DNA from: Pedobacter sp. UBA2067
GTDB taxonomy: Bacteria > Bacteroidota > Bacteroidia > Sphingobacteriales > Sphingobacteriaceae
Direction: 5' to 3'
NCBI GenBank assembly: GCA_002333205.1
Contig: DDAD01000162.1
Span: 72,605 to 112,818, forward strand
Length of the DNA stretch: 40,214 bases
A program made the translations under genes and the position numbers. The notes beneath the pieces were generated by a model. That model was not told the DNA's origin. It did no database searches and saw only the letters and a list, made by a program, of their open reading frames with translations. This document shows positions 25,591 through 34,384 of this stretch, one piece after another (position 1 is the stretch's first letter; each line of letters opens with the position of its first letter).

Positions 25591-26373
25591 ATGGACTATC
25601 AAAATCTTCTTACAGAAATAAAAGAAAACATCTTATATGTAACCATCAACAGGCCACTGAAGATGAATGCACTGAACCGCGAAACACTGAAGGAACTTGC
25701 TGACGTGGTGATTTATGCGAACACGACGCCCGATATTCTCGGTGTACTGCTTACCGGTGCAGGCGAAAAAGCGTTTGTAGCAGGTGCCGACATCTCCGAG
25801 TTTGCTGATTTTGACGTTGCGCAGGGCGAACAGCTTGCTTTAGATGGACACACTGCAGTGTTCAATGCAATTGAAGGGAGTACAAAACCTTTTGTAGCTG
25901 CGATTAACGGTTTCGCACTCGGCGGTGGTCTTGAACTTGCGATGGCCTGCCACATTCGTGTTGCAGCAGCTGGGGCAAAGCTGGGATTGCCGGAAGTTAC
26001 TTTAGGACTTATTCCTGGTTACGGAGGTACGCAACGTTTAACGCAATTGGTGGGAAAAGGAAGGGCATTGGAGCTGATCGCAACAGCTGATATGATCACT
26101 GCCGAGAAAGCTGCTCAAATTGGCCTGGTTAATGAGGTGGTGCCCGTTGGGGAATTGATTGGTGCAGCCGAGCGGATACTTGGAAAGATAAAACAGCGTG
26201 CGCCAATTGCCATCGCGAGCGCCATCAAAGCCGTTAATGCTGCTGTAGATGTTGATCAAAACGGTTATGAGGTTGAGATTAAAGCCTTTGCGGCTTGTTT
26301 CGGTACCGAGGACTTTAAAGAAGGTGTTTCTGCATTCCTGGAAAAGCGTGTGCCTAAGTTTAAGGGTCATTAG
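25591..26373 (+). CDS. Enoyl-CoA hydratase/isomerase (crotonase) family protein
   Basis: 260 aa from the ATG at 25591 (MDYQNLLTEIKENILYVTINRP). Crotonase motifs FVAGADISEF, AAINGFALGGGLELAMACHIR, GLPEVTLGLIPGYGGTQRL. The track start at 25516 would overlap the previous gene in another frame. Confidence 0.9.
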   Translation: MDYQNLLTEIKENILYVTINRPLKMNALNRETLKELADVVIYANTTPDILGVLLTGAGEKAFVAGADISEFADFDVAQGEQLALDGHTAVFNAIEGSTKPFVAAINGFALGGGLELAMACHIRVAAAGAKLGLPEVTLGLIPGYGGTQRLTQLVGKGRALELIATADMITAEKAAQIGLVNEVVPVGELIGAAERILGKIKQRAPIAIASAIKAVNAAVDVDQNGYEVEIKAFAACFGTEDFKEGVSAFLEKRVPKFKGH

Positions 26374-26474
26374 TTACAAACTGCTACAGATCTCTACTTG
26401 AAGTGTAGAAAATATTTCCCATTAACAATTTTTACTTATCTTTACTTCTGTATTTAACGAGCTCCTGTAAGCAT

Positions 26475-27860
26475 ATGAAAAAGATCTTAATAATTGACGA
26501 TGAGGTAAATATCGGTTTACTACTTTCAAAGTTTTTGACAAAGAACGGGTTTGTAGTAGATGCTGTTACCTCAGGTGCTTCAGCGCTTGAGCATCTTACC
26601 ACGCGGCAGTACGATCTTGTACTTTGCGACTATAGGCTAGATGACACGGATGGCCGTGAACTATTAATAAAGATCAAAGCTAAATACCCGCAAACCTGTG
26701 TGATTATCATCACCGGTTACTCGGACGTTAAAATTGCTGTAGAGCTTATCAAACTTGGTGCATTGGATTACATCACCAAACCCCTTTACCCGGACGAAAT
26801 TCTGGCTACCATCAATAAAGCCCTGGAAACACAGAGCGCATTAGCAGGAACCCAGAATCCGGAGCCTCAGAAAGACAACAAACTACCATATAACCAGGAT
26901 GCAAACTTCGTAGCAGGACAAAGTCAGGCTTCAAGGGATCTGTTAAGGCAAATTGAACTTGTTGCACCAACTTCTTACAGCGTCATCCTTACGGGTGAAA
27001 GCGGTACAGGAAAAGAATCTGTAGCAAAAGCCATTCACATGAATAGTCCCAGAAAGGACATGCCTTTTATTGCCATGGACTGTGGTTCTTTAACAAAGGA
27101 GCTTGCAGGTAGTGAATTTTTTGGTCACGAAAAAGGATCCTTTACTGGTGCACTTTACACTAAAATCGGACACTTTGAGATGGCCAATGGAGGGACACTA
27201 TTTCTTGATGAGGTAGGTAACCTTTCTTATGATATCCAGGCAGCCTTATTGCGTACCGTTCAGGAACGCAAGATCAAACGCATTGGTAGCACCAAGGAGA
27301 TTGATCTTGACGTACGTATTATCGTTGCAACCAATGAGAATCTTTCTGTAGCTATTCAGAAGGGCAAATTCAGGGAGGATCTTTATCACCGCTTTAACGA
27401 GTTTTCAATCAGTTTGCCGCCTTTAAGTCAGCGTGGCAAGGATATCCTTGTTTTTGCACATACTTTTCTGAAGCTTGCAAACAAAGAACTGAATAAAGAT
27501 GTTCAATCATTTTCAACTGAAGTTGAGGAGTGTTTTCTAACGTATAATTGGCCAGGTAACGTCAGGGAGCTGAAAAACGTGATCAGACGTGCAGCACTGC
27601 TTGCAGAAGGTACGGAGATACAGCTTAAAGCTTTGCCGCTTGAAATTTCGACCTACGCAAAGAGTGCGGTTATTGAAACCAGCATACAGCGAAACGAGCG
27701 CCCAAGGGATTTAAAGAATGCAGCCTTTGAAGCGGAGTATGCCGCAATTTTAAATGTGCTGCGGGAGGTAAATTTCAATAAGACAAAAGCCGCCAAGATT
27801 CTGAATATTGACCGGAAAACACTTTATAACAAAATGAAAGCAATCAATCTGGATACCTAA
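26475..27860 (+). CDS. Sigma-54-dependent response regulator (REC - AAA+ - Fis-type HTH; NtrC family)
   Basis: 461 aa. REC (ILIIDDEVN ... LVLCDYRLDDTDG ... YITKP), Walker A GESGTGKE, sigma-54 contact loop GHEKGSFTGA (GAFTGA variant), Walker B LFLDEVG, and C-terminal HTH NKTKAAKILNIDRKTLYNKMK. Confidence 0.9.
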   Translation: MKKILIIDDEVNIGLLLSKFLTKNGFVVDAVTSGASALEHLTTRQYDLVLCDYRLDDTDGRELLIKIKAKYPQTCVIIITGYSDVKIAVELIKLGALDYITKPLYPDEILATINKALETQSALAGTQNPEPQKDNKLPYNQDANFVAGQSQASRDLLRQIELVAPTSYSVILTGESGTGKESVAKAIHMNSPRKDMPFIAMDCGSLTKELAGSEFFGHEKGSFTGALYTKIGHFEMANGGTLFLDEVGNLSYDIQAALLRTVQERKIKRIGSTKEIDLDVRIIVATNENLSVAIQKGKFREDLYHRFNEFSISLPPLSQRGKDILVFAHTFLKLANKELNKDVQSFSTEVEECFLTYNWPGNVRELKNVIRRAALLAEGTEIQLKALPLEISTYAKSAVIETSIQRNERPRDLKNAAFEAEYAAILNVLREVNFNKTKAAKILNIDRKTLYNKMKAINLDT

Positions 27861-27866
27861 ACTTGT

Positions 27867-28919
27867 ATGTCCCTATTTACCTATAAACAGCGTAATAATA
27901 TAAATCTTGTCATTATTGTCGCTCTGGGGGGACTGATTGCATATTCGCTACTCGGGATATTTAGTTCAATTTTAGGCACCTTGGTGCTTTACACGATTCT
28001 CCGCCCCGTGTACCTGTACATGGTTCAGGATCATAAGCTGAACAAACGCTTTTCAGCTATTCTTCTGCTTTTTACTTCTATTGTGCTCATCGTTCTGCCT
28101 TTTTATGGCTTAAGTAATATGGTGATCACCAAGATTCATGAGCTGCAGGCCGATCAGATCTATTACAAGAACCTTTTCTATAAGATACAACATCTGGTAC
28201 CCGTAGGCGGTGATGTAGAACGTTTAATCAGTGAAGGACTAAGGAAGGCAGGTACCTGGGCAACAGAGCTGTTTCCATCCCTGATCTCTGGTGCCTTCAA
28301 CATCGTTTTAGGCCTTCTGCTGATGTATTTTCTGCTCTACTTCATGTTGGTAGAGCACGAGCGCTTTGAAGCTGCTATGCTCAAGTATGCGCCATTTCGG
28401 GAGCAGAATGCCTTGCGCTTTGCAGAGGAAATGAAAAATACCACCTTTGCCAATGTAGTCGGACAGGGCCTGATCTGTCTGGTTCAAGGTTCTTTGGTCA
28501 GTCTTTCGTTCTTCGTGCTGGGCTTCAGTGATCCCTTTTTCTGGGGTGTCATCACAACCTTTATCTGCTTCGTGCCTGTACTTGGTCCGCCAATTATCTT
28601 TGTGCCTGCAGCAATTATGCAGATCGCCAATGGCAATGAGTTTGGCGGTTATGCCATGCTCATCTTCGGCTTTGTTGTGATCATCAACATCGACAATGTG
28701 CTGCGTTTTCTTATTGCGAAACGGGTAGGAAACATCCATCCCATCATAACGGTCATCGGTGTAGTTATTGGAATTCCCCTTTTTGGTATATTGGGCCTGG
28801 TGTTTGGGCCACTACTCTTATCCTACTTTATCCTTGTGGTTAAAATCTACGAGCGAAGCGCTTTGGCTTCCGATAGAATGGAAAGAATTAAAACAATTTC
28901 AGAAACTCAAGAGTTATAG
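27867..28919 (+). CDS. AI-2E (PerM/UPF0118) family transporter
   Basis: 350 aa, polytopic. Typical family C-terminal half (VPVLGPPIIFVPAAI ... IHPIITVIGVVIGIPLFGILGLVFGPLLL). A 6-nt gap follows the sigma-54 activator gene. Confidence 0.8.
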   Translation: MSLFTYKQRNNINLVIIVALGGLIAYSLLGIFSSILGTLVLYTILRPVYLYMVQDHKLNKRFSAILLLFTSIVLIVLPFYGLSNMVITKIHELQADQIYYKNLFYKIQHLVPVGGDVERLISEGLRKAGTWATELFPSLISGAFNIVLGLLLMYFLLYFMLVEHERFEAAMLKYAPFREQNALRFAEEMKNTTFANVVGQGLICLVQGSLVSLSFFVLGFSDPFFWGVITTFICFVPVLGPPIIFVPAAIMQIANGNEFGGYAMLIFGFVVIINIDNVLRFLIAKRVGNIHPIITVIGVVIGIPLFGILGLVFGPLLLSYFILVVKIYERSALASDRMERIKTISETQEL

Positions 28920-28953
28920 TCTTTGATAAACAAACAATTTAAAATTTACGGTT

Positions 28954-29217
28954 ATGAATGATAGTTCAAAAGTATTAATAGGGCTTTTAGCAGGCTTAGC
29001 GGCTGGTGCAGCATTAGGTTTATTGTTTGCTCCGGAAGTAGGTTCGGAGACGCGTGAGCGACTAGGCCAATCCTTCAAAGATCTAAGCGACACCCTTAAA
29101 GAGAAAGCTGCTGAAGAGCTGGATAACCTGAGCAGCCTTAAAGAAAAGGTTGTAGACACTGTGAAAGGCAAGATGAATAAAGATGACGAATATGCCGACG
29201 AATTAGACATTGCTTAG
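28954..29217 (+). CDS. YtxH domain protein
   Basis: 87 aa. N-terminal LLAGLAAGAALGLLFAPEVGSETRERL is the YtxH signature, followed by a charged helical tail. Confidence 0.75.
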   Translation: MNDSSKVLIGLLAGLAAGAALGLLFAPEVGSETRERLGQSFKDLSDTLKEKAAEELDNLSSLKEKVVDTVKGKMNKDDEYADELDIA

Positions 29218-29237
29218 TACTTCTTAACCTTACAACG

Positions 29238-29612
29238 ATGCAGGAAAATAAAGAAAAAACGCTGGAAGAACTCTTTGCTGACGCAAAGGTTTATCTGGAA
29301 ACCCGGGTGGAGTATACCCGTTTTTATCTCTTAGAAAAAACATCAAAGCTCGTTGCAGATATCATTACCAATGCCTTCATGATCATCTGCTTTATCCTGG
29401 CTTTTCTTTTCGCTATAATCACCCTGGCGCTGTTCTTATCTGAATTGATTGGAAGCTATGCAGCAGGATTTGGAATAGTGACTTTACTTCTGGTTTTAAT
29501 TGCAGTAGTTGTAATGCTTGCTAAAGAGAAGGTAGAAACAGCAGTGATAAACATTGCTATAAAAAAGTATTTCACCAAACTAGCGGATAAGGAAGATGAG
29601 GAGAAAGTATAA
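29238..29612 (+). CDS. Two-TM membrane protein (Holin-X / phage-holin-family-like), hypothetical
   Basis: 124 aa with a charged N-terminus and two long hydrophobic helices. It follows a YtxH gene, as is common in Bacteroidota. The family name is from memory only. Confidence 0.5.
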   Translation: MQENKEKTLEELFADAKVYLETRVEYTRFYLLEKTSKLVADIITNAFMIICFILAFLFAIITLALFLSELIGSYAAGFGIVTLLLVLIAVVVMLAKEKVETAVINIAIKKYFTKLADKEDEEKV

Positions 29613-30045
29613 CATCAAGAACGCAGAAGAGCTTCAGGCAGCTATAAGCGGCCTTAAAGCTGAATACACCATGCAGGAAGAGCGATTGGTAAGCGATGCT
29701 AAGGTATACGTTAAGCAGTATTCTGTTAAAAGTCTTACCAAGAAATACTTCACACCATCTACCTTACTTAAGGCGGATGATCAGCTGAATATCAGCAGTA
29801 GAGTGATGTCATTTTTACTGCCGGTGTTAATGAACAACACCCTTTTCAGAGGCTCCGGTTTTATCACCAAAACACTCGTAGGTTTAGCTACAAGTAAAGT
29901 TGGTAAATCCCTGGATGCAGAACATCTGACCGGAATCTTCAGCAATGTGAAATCATGGTTCGGAGGCGCTAAAAAGAAAATTGCAGCTAAAAGGCAGGTA
30001 GGATATGTTGATTACGGCATTCCGCCAGATAGCGAAACATTTTAA
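29596..30045 (+). CDS. Hypothetical protein
   Basis: 149 aa ORF that overlaps the preceding gene by 17 nt and is followed by a strong terminator. No family recognised. Confidence 0.5.
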   Translation: MRRKYNIKNAEELQAAISGLKAEYTMQEERLVSDAKVYVKQYSVKSLTKKYFTPSTLLKADDQLNISSRVMSFLLPVLMNNTLFRGSGFITKTLVGLATSKVGKSLDAEHLTGIFSNVKSWFGGAKKKIAAKRQVGYVDYGIPPDSETF

Positions 30046-30048
30046 TCA

Positions 30049-30078
30049 TAAAAAAAGGAGCTGCAAGCTCCTTTTTTC
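30049..30078. terminator. Bidirectional intrinsic terminator
   Basis: AAAAAAGGAGC-tgcaa-GCTCCTTTTTT between the + gene ending at 30045 and aspS (-) ending at 30087. Confidence 0.75.
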
Positions 30079-30086
30079 ATTTCTCT

Positions 30087-31835
30087 TTATTTTAAATCTG
30101 TTTTGATCTGCAGTTCTTTGAGCTGCTTGTCATCAATGGTCGACGGGCTGTCGATCATGACGTCACGGCCGGAGTTGTTTTTCGGGAATGCGATAACATC
30201 ACGGATGCTATCCAGGCCAGCAAAGATGGAACATAACCTGTCAAATCCAAAAGCAATACCACCATGTGGAGGCGCGCCAAACTCAAAAGCGTCCATTAGG
30301 AAGCCAAACTGCTTTTGCGCTTCTTCTTTGGAGAATCCAAGGTGTTTAAACATCAATGCCTGCAGGGTTCTGTCGTGAATACGGATAGATCCACCACCGA
30401 TCTCTGTACCGTTTACAACCATGTCATAAGCATTTGCACGCACATCACCAGGGTTGGTGTCCAGAAGCGCGATATCCTCATGCTTAGGAGAGGTAAAAGG
30501 GTGGTGCATGGCATGGTAACGTTCGCTTTCTTCATCCCACTCCAATAGTGGGAAGTCGAGTACCCAAAGTGCGCTGAAAGTGTTTTTATCACGAAGACCA
30601 AGTCTGGTACCCATCTCTAATCTAAGCTCGTTCAATTGCTTGCGCACTTTATCTTTCACACCTGCAAGGATCAGGATCAAATCACCTGGCTCTGAATTAA
30701 AAGCTGCTGCCCACTTCTTCAGCTCCTCTTCATTATAGAACTTGTCTACAGAAGATTTGATGGAACCATCTTCATTATGTCTGTAGTAGATCAGACCAGT
30801 AGCCCCAATCTGTGGACGTTTAATGAAGTCTGTAAGCTCATCCAGCTGTTTACGGGTATAATGAGCGGCACCTTTCGCGTTGATACCTACAACAAGCTCT
30901 GCCTGCTCAAACACCGGAAAATTATGTCCTTTCACAAGGTCGTTTAGTTCAACAAACTTCATGTCGAAGCGTGTGTCAGGTTTATCTGAGCCGTACAAAC
31001 GCATCGCATCTGCGTACTGCATTCTTGGAACTTCCGGCAGGTCTATGCCCTTGATGTCTTTAAATAAGGTACGGATCAGGCCTTCAAAGGTGTTCAGGAT
31101 ATCTTCCTGCTCAATGAAGGACATCTCACAGTCGATCTGGGTAAATTCTGGTTGTCTGTCTGCACGTAAATCCTCATCACGGAAGCATTTCACGATCTGG
31201 AAGTAGCGGTCAAACCCAGATACCATAAGCAGCTGCTTAAAGGTTTGTGGCGACTGCGGCAAAGCATAAAACTCACCTGCATTCATTCTGCTTGGAACAA
31301 CGAAATCCCTTGCACCTTCAGGTGTAGATTTAATCAATACCGGAGTTTCAACTTCAATGAAGTCTAATCCATCCAGGTATCTTCTCACGGCCTGAGCCAT
31401 CTTGTGGCGCAGCACCATATTATTTCTTACCGGGTTTCTACGTAAATCCAGGTAACGGTATTTCATTCTTAGATCATCGCCACCATCGGTCTCATCATCG
31501 ATTAAAAATGGTGGGATTTTAGAAGCATTCAGGATCTCCAGAGCGGTGATCTTGATTTCTATTTCTCCGGTAGGGATTTTAAGGTTCTTATTGGAACGTT
31601 CAACTACAGTACCACTGGCCTGAATCACGAATTCACGGCCAAGTGTACGTGCTGTTTCACAAAGTGCCTGATTATCATCCATATTGAAAACCAACTGGGT
31701 GATTCCGTAGCGGTCACGAATATCAATAAACGTCATTCCGCCCAGATCTCTGGATTTCTGTACCCAGCCACATAATGTTACACTTTCACCGATGTTCTGA
31801 GTGTTCAGTGCGCCGCAAGTTGTTGTTCTTAGCAT
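30087..31835 (-). CDS. aspS: Aspartate--tRNA ligase
   Basis: Class II motifs ([18 protein letters not shown]; GGGSIRIH; [10 protein letters not shown]) and an N-terminal OB fold. I prefer the ATG at 31835 ([10 protein letters not shown]...), because the track TTG at 31856 lies inside the putative -7 box. Confidence 0.95.
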   Translation of the reverse strand: MLRTTTCGALNTQNIGESVTLCGWVQKSRDLGGMTFIDIRDRYGITQLVFNMDDNQALCETARTLGREFVIQASGTVVERSNKNLKIPTGEIEIKITALEILNASKIPPFLIDDETDGGDDLRMKYRYLDLRRNPVRNNMVLRHKMAQAVRRYLDGLDFIEVETPVLIKSTPEGARDFVVPSRMNAGEFYALPQSPQTFKQLLMVSGFDRYFQIVKCFRDEDLRADRQPEFTQIDCEMSFIEQEDILNTFEGLIRTLFKDIKGIDLPEVPRMQYADAMRLYGSDKPDTRFDMKFVELNDLVKGHNFPVFEQAELVVGINAKGAAHYTRKQLDELTDFIKRPQIGATGLIYYRHNEDGSIKSSVDKFYNEEELKKWAAAFNSEPGDLILILAGVKDKVRKQLNELRLEMGTRLGLRDKNTFSALWVLDFPLLEWDEESERYHAMHHPFTSPKHEDIALLDTNPGDVRANAYDMVVNGTEIGGGSIRIHDRTLQALMFKHLGFSKEEAQKQFGFLMDAFEFGAPPHGGIAFGFDRLCSIFAGLDSIRDVIAFPKNNSGRDVMIDSPSTIDDKQLKELQIKTDLK

Positions 31836-31853
31836 TTTTATAGTATTAAGCTG

Positions 31854-31861
31854 CAAAAATA
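31854..31861 (-). promoter_or_regulatory. Candidate -7 promoter box for aspS
   Basis: Minus-strand TATTTTTG is an exact TAnnTTTG match, 18 nt upstream of the ATG at 31835. Confidence 0.4.
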
Positions 31862-31984
31862 TTCATTTTGAGCCATATATCACTGCCAATCTCCATTTTA
31901 AGCAGTTACAGCAGTGATTTGTGTACTTTTAAAAGACATCCTGTTTCGGGTTTACCGGAAAAACTGAAATAATTCTGAAGGACA

Positions 31985-32014
31985 TGCAACATTTGAAAAT
32001 TCCAGTAGTCTTTT
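31985..32014 (+). promoter_or_regulatory. Candidate ECF-type promoter upstream of the second ECF sigma gene
   Basis: TGCAAC-N17-GTCTTTTA resembles the element upstream of the first ECF sigma gene (TGTAACC-N16-CGTCTTA). It lies about 65 nt upstream of the start at 32077. Confidence 0.25.
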
Positions 32015-32076
32015 AATCAGAATTGAGATGGAGGAGATTGGGTAGAAAACGGCAAACAGGATAACCAGATATTACT

Positions 32077-32640
32077 TTGGAAGCGGTATACATAGACAAA
32101 CATGTTTCTTTGATTAACGAATGCAGGCAAGGTAGCCGGCAGGCACAATTTGAAATTTACAAGTTGTACGCTAAGGCCATGTTCAATATATCCTTCCGCA
32201 TTCTGAATCACCATGGAGAAGCCGAGGATGTTTTACAGGAGTCCTTTCTGGACGCGTTTATGCGTGTTAAAGAGTTCCGCGCTGAAACCACTTTCGGATT
32301 GTGGCTGAAGCAAATTGTGATCAATAAATCGATCACCTGCCTGCGGAAAAGAAAGATGGACCTGGTGCCGGTTGATGAAATTGATATCGCAGAGGCTGTA
32401 GAAGATGATCCGCAGGATCTGCAGTTGCAGGTAGATCTGGTTAAAAAAGCCATCGCCTTGCTGCCCGATGGGTATCGGCTGGTGCTGACATTATATCTTT
32501 TTGAAGGTTACGATCATGAGGAAATTGCCCATATTCTGAACATCTCAGAAAATACATCACGCACGCAATACATGCGGGCAAAACAAAGATTACATCGCTT
32601 ACTAGAAAAGAAAGGAGAAAAGGATGAGCAGAGAAATTGA
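32077..32640 (+). CDS. ECF-type RNA polymerase sigma-70 family factor
   Basis: 187 aa. Region 2 (AEDVLQESFLDAFMRVKEFRAETTFGLWLKQIVINKSI) and region 4 (LPDGYRLVLTLYLFEGYDHEEIAHILNISENTSRTQYMRAKQRL). Apparent TTG start; the exact start is uncertain. Confidence 0.85.
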   Translation: MEAVYIDKHVSLINECRQGSRQAQFEIYKLYAKAMFNISFRILNHHGEAEDVLQESFLDAFMRVKEFRAETTFGLWLKQIVINKSITCLRKRKMDLVPVDEIDIAEAVEDDPQDLQLQVDLVKKAIALLPDGYRLVLTLYLFEGYDHEEIAHILNISENTSRTQYMRAKQRLHRLLEKKGEKDEQRN

Positions 32641-33151
32641 AGATTTTATCAGGAACAATAAGTCGGATTTTGATACGGAAACGCCCGGAGAACACTTGTG
32701 GTTCAAAATGGAGCAGCAGTTAAAGCAGGCAGAGGCGGGCCAGAAGCGGTCGGATAAACGCTTGTGGATCGGCATTGCAGCTTCTTTACTGGTGGTCTTC
32801 GGTATCGCTTTCATGTACAGTCAGAAAGCACAGAACCGCAGTACACTTGCACAGGTGAATCCATCGCAGGCGCAGAAACAGGTGCGGTTTACCAGTTTGA
32901 TTGAGAAGAAAATAGATAGCTTACAGGTGTATGCTGCCGATAACCCGGAACTTTATCAGAAGTTCAGTACGGATCTGCAACGCATTCAAGCGGATTATGA
33001 CCTGCTAAAGCAGGATCTGGCAAAGAGTCCGAATCAGGAGTTCATTATTCGGGCCATGGAAAAGAACCTGGAACTTCAATTACAAGTTGTTTCGCAACAG
33101 CTCCAAATCATAAATCAAGTCAGACAAGTAAATAAAAACAATCAACTATGA
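32624..33151 (+). CDS. Putative anti-sigma factor (single TM)
   Basis: 175 aa. It overlaps the sigma gene by 17 nt and has one TM (LWIGIAASLLVVFGIAFMY) followed by a helical Q-rich extracytoplasmic part. The call rests on context. Confidence 0.55.
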   Translation: MSREIEDFIRNNKSDFDTETPGEHLWFKMEQQLKQAEAGQKRSDKRLWIGIAASLLVVFGIAFMYSQKAQNRSTLAQVNPSQAQKQVRFTSLIEKKIDSLQVYAADNPELYQKFSTDLQRIQADYDLLKQDLAKSPNQEFIIRAMEKNLELQLQVVSQQLQIINQVRQVNKNNQL

Positions 33152-34278
33152 AGAACTTCCTTGTAACGCTCGCTGCAATTAGCCTGGGAACAATTGCGGT
33201 TGCTCAGCATACACCCTTGGCGCCTCGATATGCTGCAATAAAGCCGGCTGCCCCCACTGCACCTGCAACGCCTGCTATTGAAGTGCTGCCACCTGTGCCA
33301 GCTACGCCCGACATTCCGGAAACATCTTCCACTGCGAATTTCTTAGCAGCTGAAGATTCGCAGGATGATGGATTGACAAAAACCTTTAGCAAAACCTTCG
33401 CTGCTGGTACGTCTGATAAGATCAACGTTAATAACCAGTTTGGTTCCATCACCATAAAAACCTGGGATAGGAAAGAAGTTAAGGCGGATGTTACCATTAG
33501 TGCATACAGCAATAACGCTGATGAACAACGAAAGCTGTTAGAAGACACCCGGATAGAGGCAGACAAATCGGGTGATCAGATCAGCTTCAAAACGGAGATG
33601 AATACCAACCGTAACGGCAACTGGGGCAACGGCACCCGCAATGGTAAGAAGTGGCGCAGAGAAGTGCGGGTGAATTATACGCTTTATGTGCCTTCGGTAA
33701 ATGCACTCAATTTATCACAGCAGTACGGGAATGTCGAGATCGGCAGCCATGCCGGTTCGGTAAACGCTAAAGTGCAGTATGGCAATTTCAATGCACAAAA
33801 GCTAAGTAATGGCAGCAACAACCTCAATGTGCAATACGGTAAAATGACGGTGCAGGATTTGAATAAAGCAAATCTGAAACAGCAGTATGGTGGTGGAATC
33901 ACCCTGGGCACCGCCAGAGACATCAACGTAAGTGCACAATATTCTAATGTAGCCATAGAGCGGCTGCTTGGAGATGCGGTCTTAAGCGTGCAGTACAACA
34001 AACTTAGGATTGGTGAGGTGGCTGAAAGTTCCAAGGTTTTAACGATCAATGCGCAGTATGGCGCGGTTGATGTAGGTTTTAGCGATGTTTATAAAGGGCG
34101 CTTGGATGTCAGGACCAGCTATGGTGGATTCAAGTTTGGAGCAGGCGTATCTGCGAAAGTTGAAGGTGAAGACGAAGAACGCATTTCCTTTTCAAAGAGT
34201 TATCATGGAACGATCAATGGTGGCGGCAGTGGTCAGGTGAGTGTTAAATCTGCTTACGGTTCGGTTACTTTCCGCTAA
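33148..34278 (+). CDS. Secreted DUF4097-like beta-strand repeat protein (putative adhesin fold)
   Basis: 376 aa. Signal peptide, P/A-rich linker, then about ten copies of a roughly 20-aa repeat carrying [QS][YF][GSN]xhxh (QQYGNVEI, VQYGNFNA, VQYGKMTV, QQYGGGIT, AQYSNVAI, VQYNKLRI, AQYGAVDV, TSYGGFKF, SAYGSVTF). ATGA overlap with the anti-sigma gene. Confidence 0.7.
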   Translation: MKNFLVTLAAISLGTIAVAQHTPLAPRYAAIKPAAPTAPATPAIEVLPPVPATPDIPETSSTANFLAAEDSQDDGLTKTFSKTFAAGTSDKINVNNQFGSITIKTWDRKEVKADVTISAYSNNADEQRKLLEDTRIEADKSGDQISFKTEMNTNRNGNWGNGTRNGKKWRREVRVNYTLYVPSVNALNLSQQYGNVEIGSHAGSVNAKVQYGNFNAQKLSNGSNNLNVQYGKMTVQDLNKANLKQQYGGGITLGTARDINVSAQYSNVAIERLLGDAVLSVQYNKLRIGEVAESSKVLTINAQYGAVDVGFSDVYKGRLDVRTSYGGFKFGAGVSAKVEGEDEERISFSKSYHGTINGGGSGQVSVKSAYGSVTFR

Positions 34279-34324
34279 GAAAGGCCAACACAACTTTAGG
34301 GTTCTCTAAAACACTAGCATAAGG

Positions 34325-34355
34325 AAGCTTGTTGATCATTCAGCAAGCTTTTTTC
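34325..34355 (+). terminator. Intrinsic terminator of the ECF operon
   Basis: AAGCTTGTTG ... CAGCAAGCTT (one mismatch) followed by TTTTT. Confidence 0.65.
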
Positions 34356-34384
34356 ATATATTAGCAACAAATATCTACACCTCT

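Noticed and set aside
34279-34384. Expected a yybP-ykoY (manganese) riboswitch upstream of the TerC-family gene.
   Set aside because: The 106-nt spacer is largely taken up by the upstream operon's terminator (34325-34355). It shows none of the conserved four-helix-junction sequence I would expect. It is too short and too AT-rich.
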